The position numbers and the translations under genes are program-made. The notes beneath the pieces were generated by a model. That model had not been told where the DNA came from and made no database searches. It worked only from the letters and a program-made list of their open reading frames with translations. From positions 98,435 through 162,434 of the forward strand of contig CAZGOA010000001.1 in NCBI GenBank assembly GCA_964527425.1: a stretch of DNA of 64,000 bases, in the 5' to 3' direction. The stretch is from an uncultured Gammaproteobacteria bacterium (GTDB lineage Bacteria > Patescibacteriota > Microgenomatia > UBA10105 > UBA927). Below are positions 56,383 to 64,000 of the stretch, piece by piece. Position 1 is the first letter of the stretch; each line of letters opens with the position of its first letter.

Positions 56383-57387
56383 ATGAACGATCCAGTAATT
56401 ACCACATCTGTTATTCAACCAACTGTTCTTTCAACTGAAGAAGAACCACTCTTTACTAATTTAAGAGCTAAATCCTGGCATGAATTTTTAGGGCAAGAAC
56501 CTATTAAAAAAACGCTGCGCATTTCTATAGATGCAGCAAGAAAACGAGCTGAAGCATTAGAACATGTATTACTGTATGGGCCTCCTGGTCTTGGTAAAAC
56601 CACTATGGCACATATTATAGGAAAGGAATTAGGAGTAAATGTTCGTGTTACATCAGGACCGGCATTAGAACGATCTGGAGACTTGGCCTCTATTCTCTCT
56701 AATTTAGAACATCATGATGTTTTATTCATTGATGAAATTCATAGAATAAATAAAGTAGTTGAGGAATCATTATATTCTGCAATGGAAGACTACTGTCTTG
56801 ATATTATAATTGGAAAAGGGCCTGCTGCGAGAACCGTCCGTTTAGACCTTCCTCATTTTACTGTAATAGGTGCGACAACAAGAATTGGTATGCTCTCTTC
56901 TCCACTTAGAGATCGATTTGGGGTAATAAGCAGAATGGAATTCTATACTGCTTATGAATTAACACACATTATTAAGCAGGCAGCTGACAAACTTCATATT
57001 TCTATTAGTCAGTCTGCAATAAAAGCACTTTCTACTCGAAGCAGAGGAACTCCACGTATCGCTCTTAGATTATTAAAACGTGTAAGAGATGTTGCTGAAG
57101 TAGAGGGAGAAGGAAATATTACCGATGCTATATTGGAGAAAGCGCTTCATTTAATGGATGTTGATCATAAAGGACTGGATTTGTCTGATAGACGATATTT
57201 ATTAACTATTTTACAAAAATTTGATGCAGGACCAGTTGGTATTGAAACACTTGCAGCTTCTTTATCAGAAGATATTGGGACGCTTGAGGATGTTATTGAA
57301 CCATATTTGCTTCAGATTGGGTTTATTAAACGTAGTCCAAGAGGCAGAGTTATTACAGAAACTGGTAAATTACATATTAAAAAATAA
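56383..57387 (+). CDS. ruvB: Holliday junction DNA helicase RuvB
   Basis: 334 aa. [13 protein letters not shown]...[18 protein letters not shown] (Walker A)...[11 protein letters not shown] (Walker B)...GATTR is the sensor region. Confidence 0.9.
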   Translation: MNDPVITTSVIQPTVLSTEEEPLFTNLRAKSWHEFLGQEPIKKTLRISIDAARKRAEALEHVLLYGPPGLGKTTMAHIIGKELGVNVRVTSGPALERSGDLASILSNLEHHDVLFIDEIHRINKVVEESLYSAMEDYCLDIIIGKGPAARTVRLDLPHFTVIGATTRIGMLSSPLRDRFGVISRMEFYTAYELTHIIKQAADKLHISISQSAIKALSTRSRGTPRIALRLLKRVRDVAEVEGEGNITDAILEKALHLMDVDHKGLDLSDRRYLLTILQKFDAGPVGIETLAASLSEDIGTLEDVIEPYLLQIGFIKRSPRGRVITETGKLHIKK

Positions 57388-57427
57388 TAAACTCTCAATA
57401 AACTAATATACCAATCCGCAATAAAAA

Positions 57428-57457
57428 GGAGAGTATTGATATACTCTCCTTCTGTTT
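57428..57457. terminator. Bidirectional rho-independent terminator between ruvB and the convergent dsbA-like gene
   Basis: Perfect 9-bp inverted repeat GGAGAGTAT-tgat-ATACTCTCC (57428..57449), then TTCTGTTT on the + strand and an A-rich run on the other side. Confidence 0.55.
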
Positions 57458-57470
57458 AAAATTGATACTT

Positions 57471-58223
57471 TTATCCGTTTAGCAGTGCATCAATTTCTGT
57501 TTTCATTTGTTCAAGTGGATATGCACCAGGAATTAATCTGGTTTTTCCAGTTTTTGTATTTAAAAGAATATTACCCGGTGTACCCGTAACTCCAACTGCA
57601 GTCCCACCAGACATTTGATCTTCGACTTTTTGAGCAAATTTTCCAGAATCGAGACATTCTGTAAAGCTAGCTTCATTGAGTCCAATCTCTTTTGCGAGTG
57701 GTGCTAACTTATCAAGAGCAAAACCTGTTCCTGTAGCTGTCGTTCTTTCAAATATTGTATCTACATATTTCCAAAACGCATCATTTCCACCCAGTGAACC
57801 GGCACATTCTGCAGCTTCTGCTTCTTTTTGGGCGTTAGCATGAAATGACAACGGATAATGTCTAAATACCCACATTAATTTGCCATCGTAGTCTTCCACT
57901 AATTGTTCAGCGGTAGCATGAAATTGCTGACAAAATGGACATTCTAAATCTGAATATCCTATCAGCGCAATTTCTGCATTTCTATCTCCTCTAACCCAAT
58001 CTTCTGCTGTTGGTCTTTCTACGTCATCTGCTGTTTGTGGTGGAACTGGCTGTGGAGCTTGAGCTGTTGGCTGGCCTGCAGATCCTCCTACACCAGTTCT
58101 TAGTACTTCTACTTCTTTTGTTAACCTACCCAAGAAATACGCACCTCCGATTAAAATGATTACCATTGCCAGTTGCAATGGCCCCATGGTTATTTGCAGA
58201 TTTCTTTTTGACATTTTTTCCAT
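57471..58223 (-). CDS. Membrane-anchored DsbA/BdbD-like thiol-disulfide oxidoreductase (thioredoxin fold)
   Basis: 250 aa. An N-terminal TM helix, a Pro/Gln-rich linker, then IGYSDLECPFCQQFH (CPxC active site) and the cis-Pro region TGTPGN. Confidence 0.7.
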   Translation of the reverse strand: MEKMSKRNLQITMGPLQLAMVIILIGGAYFLGRLTKEVEVLRTGVGGSAGQPTAQAPQPVPPQTADDVERPTAEDWVRGDRNAEIALIGYSDLECPFCQQFHATAEQLVEDYDGKLMWVFRHYPLSFHANAQKEAEAAECAGSLGGNDAFWKYVDTIFERTTATGTGFALDKLAPLAKEIGLNEASFTECLDSGKFAQKVEDQMSGGTAVGVTGTPGNILLNTKTGKTRLIPGAYPLEQMKTEIDALLNG

Positions 58224-58420
58224 GTAATCCCCCTTTTTACTCAGTTTAGTATATAACTCATTCTACCTGATGTAAAAAAAGTAACAAGAATGAATTCTGT
58301 AGTCAAGTTAACTTCACTAAAACGTTGTGCTTGAAACGAACTATCCTGCAATACCACTAACAATACATTACTCATATTCTCATAGCTTAGCTAATTCAAT
58401 AATTCCGATATTACAATTAC

Positions 58421-58457
58421 TTGACATTTTTTAGCAGTCGTTGTATAAGAGTGCTAG
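58421..58457 (+). promoter_or_regulatory. Sigma70-like promoter overlapping a CIRCE-like (HrcA operator) inverted repeat upstream of hsp20
   Basis: TTGACA (58421..58426), then 17 bp, then TATAAG (58444..58449). The motif TTAGCAGTC-N9-GAGTGCTAG (58431..58457) matches the CIRCE consensus TTAGCACTC-N9-GAGTGCTAA at 16 of 18 positions. AGGAGG is the RBS at 58468..58473. Confidence 0.5.
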
Positions 58458-58480
58458 ATACTATAAAGGAGGTGAATTCT

Positions 58481-58885
58481 ATGGCGATTGATCTAGTACC
58501 TACATCATTTTGGAGATTTCCTGTATCAAGATCGGTATGGGATGATGAAGATGATATATCCATGATGTCCACTCCGAGTGGAATATCTATTTCAGAAGAT
58601 GAAACACACGTATATGTAGAAGTAGCGCTCCCTGGAGTAGACCCTAAAGACGTTGACATTACATTTGATAAAGGAACACTTTGGGTTAAGGGGGAAGCAA
58701 AGGTAGAAGAAAAAAAGAAAAAATTCTATCGTAAAGCTACAAGTTCATTTTCATATAGAATTGCTGTCCCTGGTGAAATTGATGCTCAGGTAGACCCAGA
58801 AGCATCTGCTAAGCATGGTGTAATGACAATTACGTTTGCGAAATCAAAATCAACCTTGCCAAAAAAGATTTCTATTAAGGCATAA
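58481..58885 (+). CDS. Small heat shock protein (Hsp20/alpha-crystallin family)
   Basis: 134 aa, taken from the ATG with an AGGAGG RBS 8 nt upstream. The supplied ORF starts 60 nt earlier and has no RBS. ETHVYVEVALPGVDPKDVDITFDKGTLWVKGE...FSYRIAVPGEIDAQ...KHGVMTITFAK is the alpha-crystallin domain pattern. Confidence 0.8.
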   Translation: MAIDLVPTSFWRFPVSRSVWDDEDDISMMSTPSGISISEDETHVYVEVALPGVDPKDVDITFDKGTLWVKGEAKVEEKKKKFYRKATSSFSYRIAVPGEIDAQVDPEASAKHGVMTITFAKSKSTLPKKISIKA

Positions 58886-58903
58886 CAGGGATAAACTGAC
58901 GAA

Positions 58904-58938
58904 AAAGCCCCGTGATTTTCATGGGGCTTTTCTTTTAT
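58904..58938 (+). terminator. Rho-independent terminator downstream of hsp20
   Basis: AAAGCCCCGTGA-ttt-TCATGGGGCTTT hairpin (about a 12-bp stem including one G·U pair), followed by TTCTTTT. Confidence 0.65.
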
Positions 58939-58939
58939 A

Positions 58940-60526
58940 ATGAGATACACTATGAGATTCATTAAGCGTTCAAAGTCGGGAATGACTTCTACAATAAAAA
59001 GGCGAAGAATTGTAAGTAGAAGAAGGATACTACTTATGCAACGAAATATTGTATTGTTTCTTTTGCTTTTTAGTATTTTTGCCTATCTTACAAATCCATT
59101 TAATCGTATAAATGTAGTACGGGATCCTGTTAGCATCATGCTGGAAAGTGGTTATATTACACCTACGTATACTGGAAAATTATTTCTGTTTGATAACGCA
59201 GGAGCTCGATTATTAGGTAACTTTAAAGCTGGCTGGCATATATTAACGAATCATTTCTCTGGAGGTGGAAAACCATCTAGTGCTACAACATTGGATGGCA
59301 TTATCGATGATATTCATGCTCTTAGGTTCAATGCTAATGTGCCATTTTTAATTTCAGGAGACCATTTTAGTGTGTTATATCCTCGTTCATTGGGTATTTT
59401 TTATCACTCTGCACTTGATCCAAGAACTGCACGAAATCAAAAAGACTGGTCACTTCGTCAACAGATATATATGAAGACACTTATCTATGCGTTAGAAACG
59501 TATGAGCGATCAAAACGTCTTTCAACAACAATTATTCCAATAGGTCCTCGATCTGTTACTATTACTAACTACTTTGATCCTCCTTCAGATACGATGTTTA
59601 GCTTGCTCTATGCATTTCGAACTCTTATGAGTACGAAAGAAATAACCTCCATTAATCGATTCAATACGGTTGATACTCCAGTTTATGATTTAGAAACTAC
59701 TAAAGCCGCAGAAAGCTTACTTTCTGAATATAGAGATGTTTTGAGAAGGCACTTTCAACTGTATGTTACTGAGGTTACGGATCCTTCTACAGGATTAGTC
59801 AGAAAAGACATATCACTATCTGGTACGAAAGATTCAGTAAGAAGAAAAAGCAGTTTTTATGACAATGTTATCTTATGGAAAACTCATCAATTAGCACAAG
59901 AACTAGAACTCGTTGAAAAAAATGATGTGTTTTTAGATCAATTAAAATCTACAATTCTTTCTACATTCTGGTTACCTGAGCATGGATACTTTCTCGAAGA
60001 ATTAACTGATAGAGCAATACACAATCGTCATTACTCTTCAGATTGGGTTATTGCTTATCAAACCGGTTTTCTCGATCCCAGAAATGAAAATGAACAACAT
60101 TATTTCACAGAAAGTATTGAGTTTATCAAACAGCAAGGATTAGATCGTCCGTTTGGGTTAATGTACGAACCAGAATCTCAAAAAGCAACGTTACATTGGA
60201 TTCTCTCTGTTGCTGCAAAAAAATATGGAACACAGGCTATATGGAGTAATTTCGGCATGGAATATGCCAAAATTCTAACATCACTTTACCAGGGAAATTG
60301 TGATTCTGCATACTTACAGGAAGCACGATATCAAATAGATAAATATACTGACAATATTGTTACGTATAGAGGGTATCCTGAGGTATACAATGCAGATGGA
60401 AGACCATTCCAAACACCCTTTTATACAAGTATTCATAGAACAGGATGGGTTGTTACCTATGAACAAGCAAAACAAATGTTAGAGTATACTGAAAAACATA
60501 CGCAACGTTATTGTCCTACTACTTAA
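58940..60526 (+). CDS. Membrane-anchored protein, possible (alpha/alpha)6-barrel glycoside-hydrolase-like (GH63/GH15-like) enzyme
   Basis: 528 aa. A basic N-terminus plus one TM helix, then a large soluble domain rich in aromatic residues (FYDNVILWKTHQLAQ, EHGYFLEEL, GFLDPRNENEQHYF). The assignment is tentative. Confidence 0.3.
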   Translation: MRYTMRFIKRSKSGMTSTIKRRRIVSRRRILLMQRNIVLFLLLFSIFAYLTNPFNRINVVRDPVSIMLESGYITPTYTGKLFLFDNAGARLLGNFKAGWHILTNHFSGGGKPSSATTLDGIIDDIHALRFNANVPFLISGDHFSVLYPRSLGIFYHSALDPRTARNQKDWSLRQQIYMKTLIYALETYERSKRLSTTIIPIGPRSVTITNYFDPPSDTMFSLLYAFRTLMSTKEITSINRFNTVDTPVYDLETTKAAESLLSEYRDVLRRHFQLYVTEVTDPSTGLVRKDISLSGTKDSVRRKSSFYDNVILWKTHQLAQELELVEKNDVFLDQLKSTILSTFWLPEHGYFLEELTDRAIHNRHYSSDWVIAYQTGFLDPRNENEQHYFTESIEFIKQQGLDRPFGLMYEPESQKATLHWILSVAAKKYGTQAIWSNFGMEYAKILTSLYQGNCDSAYLQEARYQIDKYTDNIVTYRGYPEVYNADGRPFQTPFYTSIHRTGWVVTYEQAKQMLEYTEKHTQRYCPTT

Positions 60527-61164
60527 CGTTCTGCTTGTGAATGGTCTTTTACGGTTGGGCTGATCCGTTCAGTTTCAATCACTTTCATATTTGGTTCTAA
60601 TACTACTCTCCACGCTTCTCCACGTAATAAATAGGTATCTTTCTTTAATTCATCAATTGTAGCTGTTTGTTTTCCTTCGTGATGCAATGCATCAACTAGA
60701 AACGCAAGTGGATCTCCATGACTTACCAGACAAATTATGCCCTGTTTATACATCTGCATTGCTTCTTTTACTACTTTTATCATTCTTTCTGCCTGTTTAC
60801 TTTCTGGTTCAAGCTGATAATGAAACTGTTCACCAAATTCTTTTTTATATGGATTCCCTAACCTTCTTGCCCAATCAAGAGGTCTACCCACATACCCAAT
60901 TGAGTCCGATTCTTTTAACTCGTCTCGGTAATGTACTATTGTTTTAGGAAAAACACGCAATACTTGTTCTGTTGATTCAACTGTTCTTTTTAAGGGACTG
61001 GAAAATATGGCGTTGGGATTTTCTTCTCGTTCTTTTATACTTTCTGCTAGAGAGTGTATTTGGAGTTTACCTCGGATTGTTAACTCGATATCTCTTACTC
61101 TTCCGTATGTAATATTTAGCGGATTATTTACTTCTCCGTGACGTATAAGATAAAACGTAATCAT
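60523..61164 (-). CDS. Histidine phosphatase family protein (phosphoglycerate-mutase-like)
   Basis: 213 aa. MITFYLIRHGEV is the RHG catalytic motif. LVSHGDPLAF is the second His region. Confidence 0.7.
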   Translation of the reverse strand: MITFYLIRHGEVNNPLNITYGRVRDIELTIRGKLQIHSLAESIKEREENPNAIFSSPLKRTVESTEQVLRVFPKTIVHYRDELKESDSIGYVGRPLDWARRLGNPYKKEFGEQFHYQLEPESKQAERMIKVVKEAMQMYKQGIICLVSHGDPLAFLVDALHHEGKQTATIDELKKDTYLLRGEAWRVVLEPNMKVIETERISPTVKDHSQAER

Positions 61165-61197
61165 AATAATAAATACTTCGAACTAAGTATAGCGTAC

Positions 61198-62409
61198 TTA
61201 TTCATACCTGAGTGCATCAATTGGTGATAAACGTGCAGCACGTCTTGCTGGATATAATCCAAAGATAATACCAACTATCGTGGATACACCTACTGCTATA
61301 AGAATGGCTGGTATACTAACGATAAATGGTACACCGAATAGTATAGAAATAATAAAAGCACCACTTATTCCCAAAAAAATTCCCACTAATCCACCTATGA
61401 GCGTCATAACGATTGATTCAAAAAGAAATTGAGTTAATATATCTCGATCTTTTGCCCCTATTGCCTTTAATAACCCGATTTCTTTCGTTCGTTCAGTAAC
61501 GGATACTAACATAATATTCATTACACCTATCCCCCCCACTAATAGTGAAATCCCTGAAATAGCTGATATCATAGCGGTTAGTAGACCAGTAATTGTTTGT
61601 GCTGTTGTTAATATATCCTGAGCACTTGCTATTCGAAAATCATTATCGTCTCCCTCTTCTAAGTTATGACGATCACGCAACAATGTTTCAACGTCTTCTA
61701 TAGTTTGATTTATCTGATCTGTGTCATGAACACTGATATCAATTTCCTGTAATCTTTCTTCACCAAGTATTTCGTTAATTACAACATTGATCGGTACAAA
61801 AATTGCATTATTAATAAATCCTCCTGCAAGTACACTGGAAGATTCAACAACACCAATTACTTGAAATGTACGATTACTTATTTGAATAGTTTCTCCAACA
61901 GGAGAAGCATCTTCTCCAAAGAAAGTTTCTGAAGCCTCTGCACCTAATACAACAACTCGCTGAGAAGAATCTACATTCTCCTCTGTGATAAATTCACCTG
62001 AGGTAACATCGGGTCGAAGAATTTCTAAAATTTCTGGAGTAATACCATACGTTAACAACTCTTCTTCTTCATTGTTTGCAGCAACAACGACTGATGCTAA
62101 CGCTACAGGTGCAATGCTTTTAATATTTGTTAATGTTGTATCATTTTTTATGGCTTCTAAATCTTCAAATGTTAGTGCATTTGAACCTGCAAATGTACTG
62201 ACCTGACTTGATCCTGGATTAATTTGAAAATAATCGGTACCAAATGATGCGAGTTCATTTGTAATAAATGCAACTGCTCCCTGTCCTATTGAATAAATGA
62301 GGATAACCGAAGTTATACCAATGATAATTCCAATCATGGTGAGTGAAGTTCGCAGAACATTACCTTTTAATGCTTGGAGCGCTGATACAATTATTTCTCT
62401 GTAATTCAT
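61198..62409 (-). CDS. ABC transporter permease, MacB/FtsX-like
   Basis: 403 aa. N-terminal TM helix, large periplasmic domain, then three C-terminal TM helices. LRTSLTMIGIIIGITSVI is typical of MacB/LolE-type permeases. Confidence 0.8.
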   Translation of the reverse strand: MNYREIIVSALQALKGNVLRTSLTMIGIIIGITSVILIYSIGQGAVAFITNELASFGTDYFQINPGSSQVSTFAGSNALTFEDLEAIKNDTTLTNIKSIAPVALASVVVAANNEEEELLTYGITPEILEILRPDVTSGEFITEENVDSSQRVVVLGAEASETFFGEDASPVGETIQISNRTFQVIGVVESSSVLAGGFINNAIFVPINVVINEILGEERLQEIDISVHDTDQINQTIEDVETLLRDRHNLEEGDDNDFRIASAQDILTTAQTITGLLTAMISAISGISLLVGGIGVMNIMLVSVTERTKEIGLLKAIGAKDRDILTQFLFESIVMTLIGGLVGIFLGISGAFIISILFGVPFIVSIPAILIAVGVSTIVGIIFGLYPARRAARLSPIDALRYE

Positions 62410-62410
62410 A

Positions 62411-63106
62411 TTATTTTTTTTGATTTTCTACTATTTGACCATCTACTATTCTGATAATTCTTTTTGCAAACTCTGCTATTTCCGATTCATGTGTAATTAA
62501 TATGATAGTTCTTCCTTTATTATTCAAAGAAGCAAAAATCTCCATAATTTCATGCGAAGTTTTCGTATCTAGATTACCTGTGGGTTCGTCTGCCAATATA
62601 ATTGAGGGATTCATAATCATGGCTCTTGCAATTGCGACTCTTTGAATTTGACCTCCAGAAATATGGTTAGAAATATTCTGCGCTTTATCAGCAATACCTA
62701 CCAGTTCTAATGCTTCCATTGCTCGACTTTTTCGTTCTGATTCTGGAATTGAAGCATAAATCATCGGTCTTTCAACATTCTGTATAACTGTCATTCGAGG
62801 AAGTAAATTAAAGGCTTGAAAGACAAATCCAATTTCTTTATTTCGAATTTCTGCTAACTGATCACTTGAATAGCTGCTGATATCTTTTCCCTTAAATAGA
62901 TATTTCCCACTGGTTGGAGTATCTAGTGCACCTATGATATGCATCATTGTCGACTTACCACTTCCGGATGGACCCATGATGGCACAAAAATCCCCGTCAT
63001 GAATTGTAAGATTAATTCCATTTAACGCTTGATAATATGCACCATCTGCAAGAGGATATCGTTTAATTACATTATCCAAACGTATAATAGGATCTATAGA
63101 CTTCAT
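62411..63106 (-). CDS. ABC transporter ATP-binding protein (MacB/LolD-type)
   Basis: 231 aa. GPSGSGKSTMMHII (Walker A), LSGGQIQRVAIARA (signature), ILADEPTGNLD (Walker B). Confidence 0.85.
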   Translation of the reverse strand: MKSIDPIIRLDNVIKRYPLADGAYYQALNGINLTIHDGDFCAIMGPSGSGKSTMMHIIGALDTPTSGKYLFKGKDISSYSSDQLAEIRNKEIGFVFQAFNLLPRMTVIQNVERPMIYASIPESERKSRAMEALELVGIADKAQNISNHISGGQIQRVAIARAMIMNPSIILADEPTGNLDTKTSHEIMEIFASLNNKGRTIILITHESEIAEFAKRIIRIVDGQIVENQKK

Positions 63107-63109
63107 TTG

Positions 63110-64000
63110 TTAGTTTCCAAAAAGCCCTGAACGTTTGAGCTGATCATTAGAAAGAGAAGTAATTATCATCTGACCTTCTTCTATTCCACTAAGAATTTGT
63201 GTTTTCTCTTTTCCCTTAATTCCAATTTCAACAGGTACATAGGTAACATCTTTTGATTTTGGATCTGGTATTCTGACTGCCCGTTTCCCTTGATATGGTT
63301 TTATTGCCGCATTCGGAACTGCTATGACATCTGTCACTTTATTGGTTGTAATTGTGGCGTCTGCTTTCATACCAGTTCTGAGTTGTTCGTCTGCATTGCG
63401 TATTTCAATATAAATGTTGTATCGAATAACACCCTGAACATTTGTTCCGATAGTATCAACCCTTTTAACAATTCCCTCATAGGTATGACCATTTAAGACA
63501 TTTACATCAAGAACTACCTCCTGGCCTTCTTTAATTTTGGTAATATCTGTTTCGCTTACTGATATCACTACTTCTGCATGAGCAATACCCGCAATAACAA
63601 CTAAGGGCGATACTGCAGAGGCTACCGTCTTAACCGAACTTCCCCGATCAACTGAGAGATTAGCTATAGTTCCATTTGATGTCGCTTTTACCGTTGCATT
63701 TTGCGTTGATTCATAGAGTAAATATGCATTATGAACCGCGATTTGAGCTTGAGATATGACAGCTTGCTGTTTTTTATAGTTGCTTTCTGCGGCAAACCAA
63801 TCTTTTTGAGCAATATGAAATTCTGGAAGTTCGCGCTGTTCTGTTTTGGGTGTTCCGTCAGATTCTTCGTATTTATCACTTTCTGCTAACTGTTTATAAA
63901 TATCCCATTTTGAAAACAAGGCTGATTGTAACGAATGCAGTGTTGCTTGTGCTGTATCTAGTGTATTTTTTGCTGCTAAGTATGCTGCTTGTGCTTGAGC
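63110..64000 (-). CDS. Efflux periplasmic adaptor (HlyD/MacA family), C-terminal part (the gene continues past the window end)
   Basis: The frame stays open upstream of the listed Met to the window edge (…AQAQAAYLAAKNTLDTAQATLHSLQSALFSKWDIYKQL…), and the N-proximal part is coiled-coil-like. Beta-barrel and MP domains are present (GMKADATITTNKVTDVIAVPNAAI). Operonic with the ABC ATPase and permease. Confidence 0.7.
   Translation of the reverse strand, partial: AQAQAAYLAAKNTLDTAQATLHSLQSALFSKWDIYKQLAESDKYEESDGTPKTEQRELPEFHIAQKDWFAAESNYKKQQAVISQAQIAVHNAYLLYESTQNATVKATSNGTIANLSVDRGSSVKTVASAVSPLVVIAGIAHAEVVISVSETDITKIKEGQEVVLDVNVLNGHTYEGIVKRVDTIGTNVQGVIRYNIYIEIRNADEQLRTGMKADATITTNKVTDVIAVPNAAIKPYQGKRAVRIPDPKSKDVTYVPVEIGIKGKEKTQILSGIEEGQMIITSLSNDQLKRSGLFGN

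Noticed and set aside
61165-61197. Short AT inverted repeat (ATACTT-N-AAGTAT) as a terminator after the ABC permease
   Set aside because: The 6-bp all-A/T stem is too weak, and it has no clear U-tract.
1-64000. CRISPR arrays, tRNA/rRNA genes, riboswitches
   Set aside because: I scanned intergenic gaps (22441-22556, 24574-24647, 29122-29274, 43746-43918, 44801-44888, 57388-57470, 58224-58480 and others) and saw no regularly spaced direct repeats, no cloverleaf-compatible segments and no rRNA-like conserved blocks.

Overview
The window reads as a low-GC, Gram-positive-like or Candidate-Phyla-Radiation-like bacterial genome segment. Strand bias is extreme: from 1 to about 52000 every gene except one is on the minus strand. 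About 44 kb (1 to ~44800) is one long cell-envelope glycan locus. It contains a nucleotide-sugar block (rmlA/rmlB/rmlD-like genes, a UDP-glucose 6-dehydrogenase and a Gmd/Rmd-like epimerase). It contains at least three lipid-carrier glycosylation modules, each pairing a polyprenyl-phosphate sugar synthase (GT2, one fused to a GtrA-like domain) with a GT-C-type integral-membrane transferase (ArnT/PMT-like or GT87-like). It contains a Wzx flippase and many GT2/GT4 transferases. It also contains an apparently more AT-rich sub-island (29275 to ~44800) encoding a pyruvyl transferase, a CE4 deacetylase, a SAM methyltransferase, a tandem kinase-like protein and unusual fusion proteins (Wzx–GT4, and a DPM1-like GT2 joined to a processive QxxRW GT2). 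Inside this locus sit a sortase, two recently duplicated secreted proteins (one with an FN3 domain and a LAATG sorting signal), a CAP-domain protein and a secreted glycoside-hydrolase-like protein. The rest is housekeeping: pterin-4a-carbinolamine dehydratase, tsaE/tsaB, ftsE/ftsX with a PcsB-like coiled-coil hydrolase, RF2, a split MgtE-like cytosolic sensor plus a divergent NRAMP-type transporter, ruvCAB, a DsbA-like oxidoreductase, a CIRCE-controlled hsp20, and a MacAB-like ABC efflux module. I found no rRNA, tRNA, CRISPR, transposase or integrase genes. All assignments rest on motif-level reading of the supplied translations; no database searches were run.
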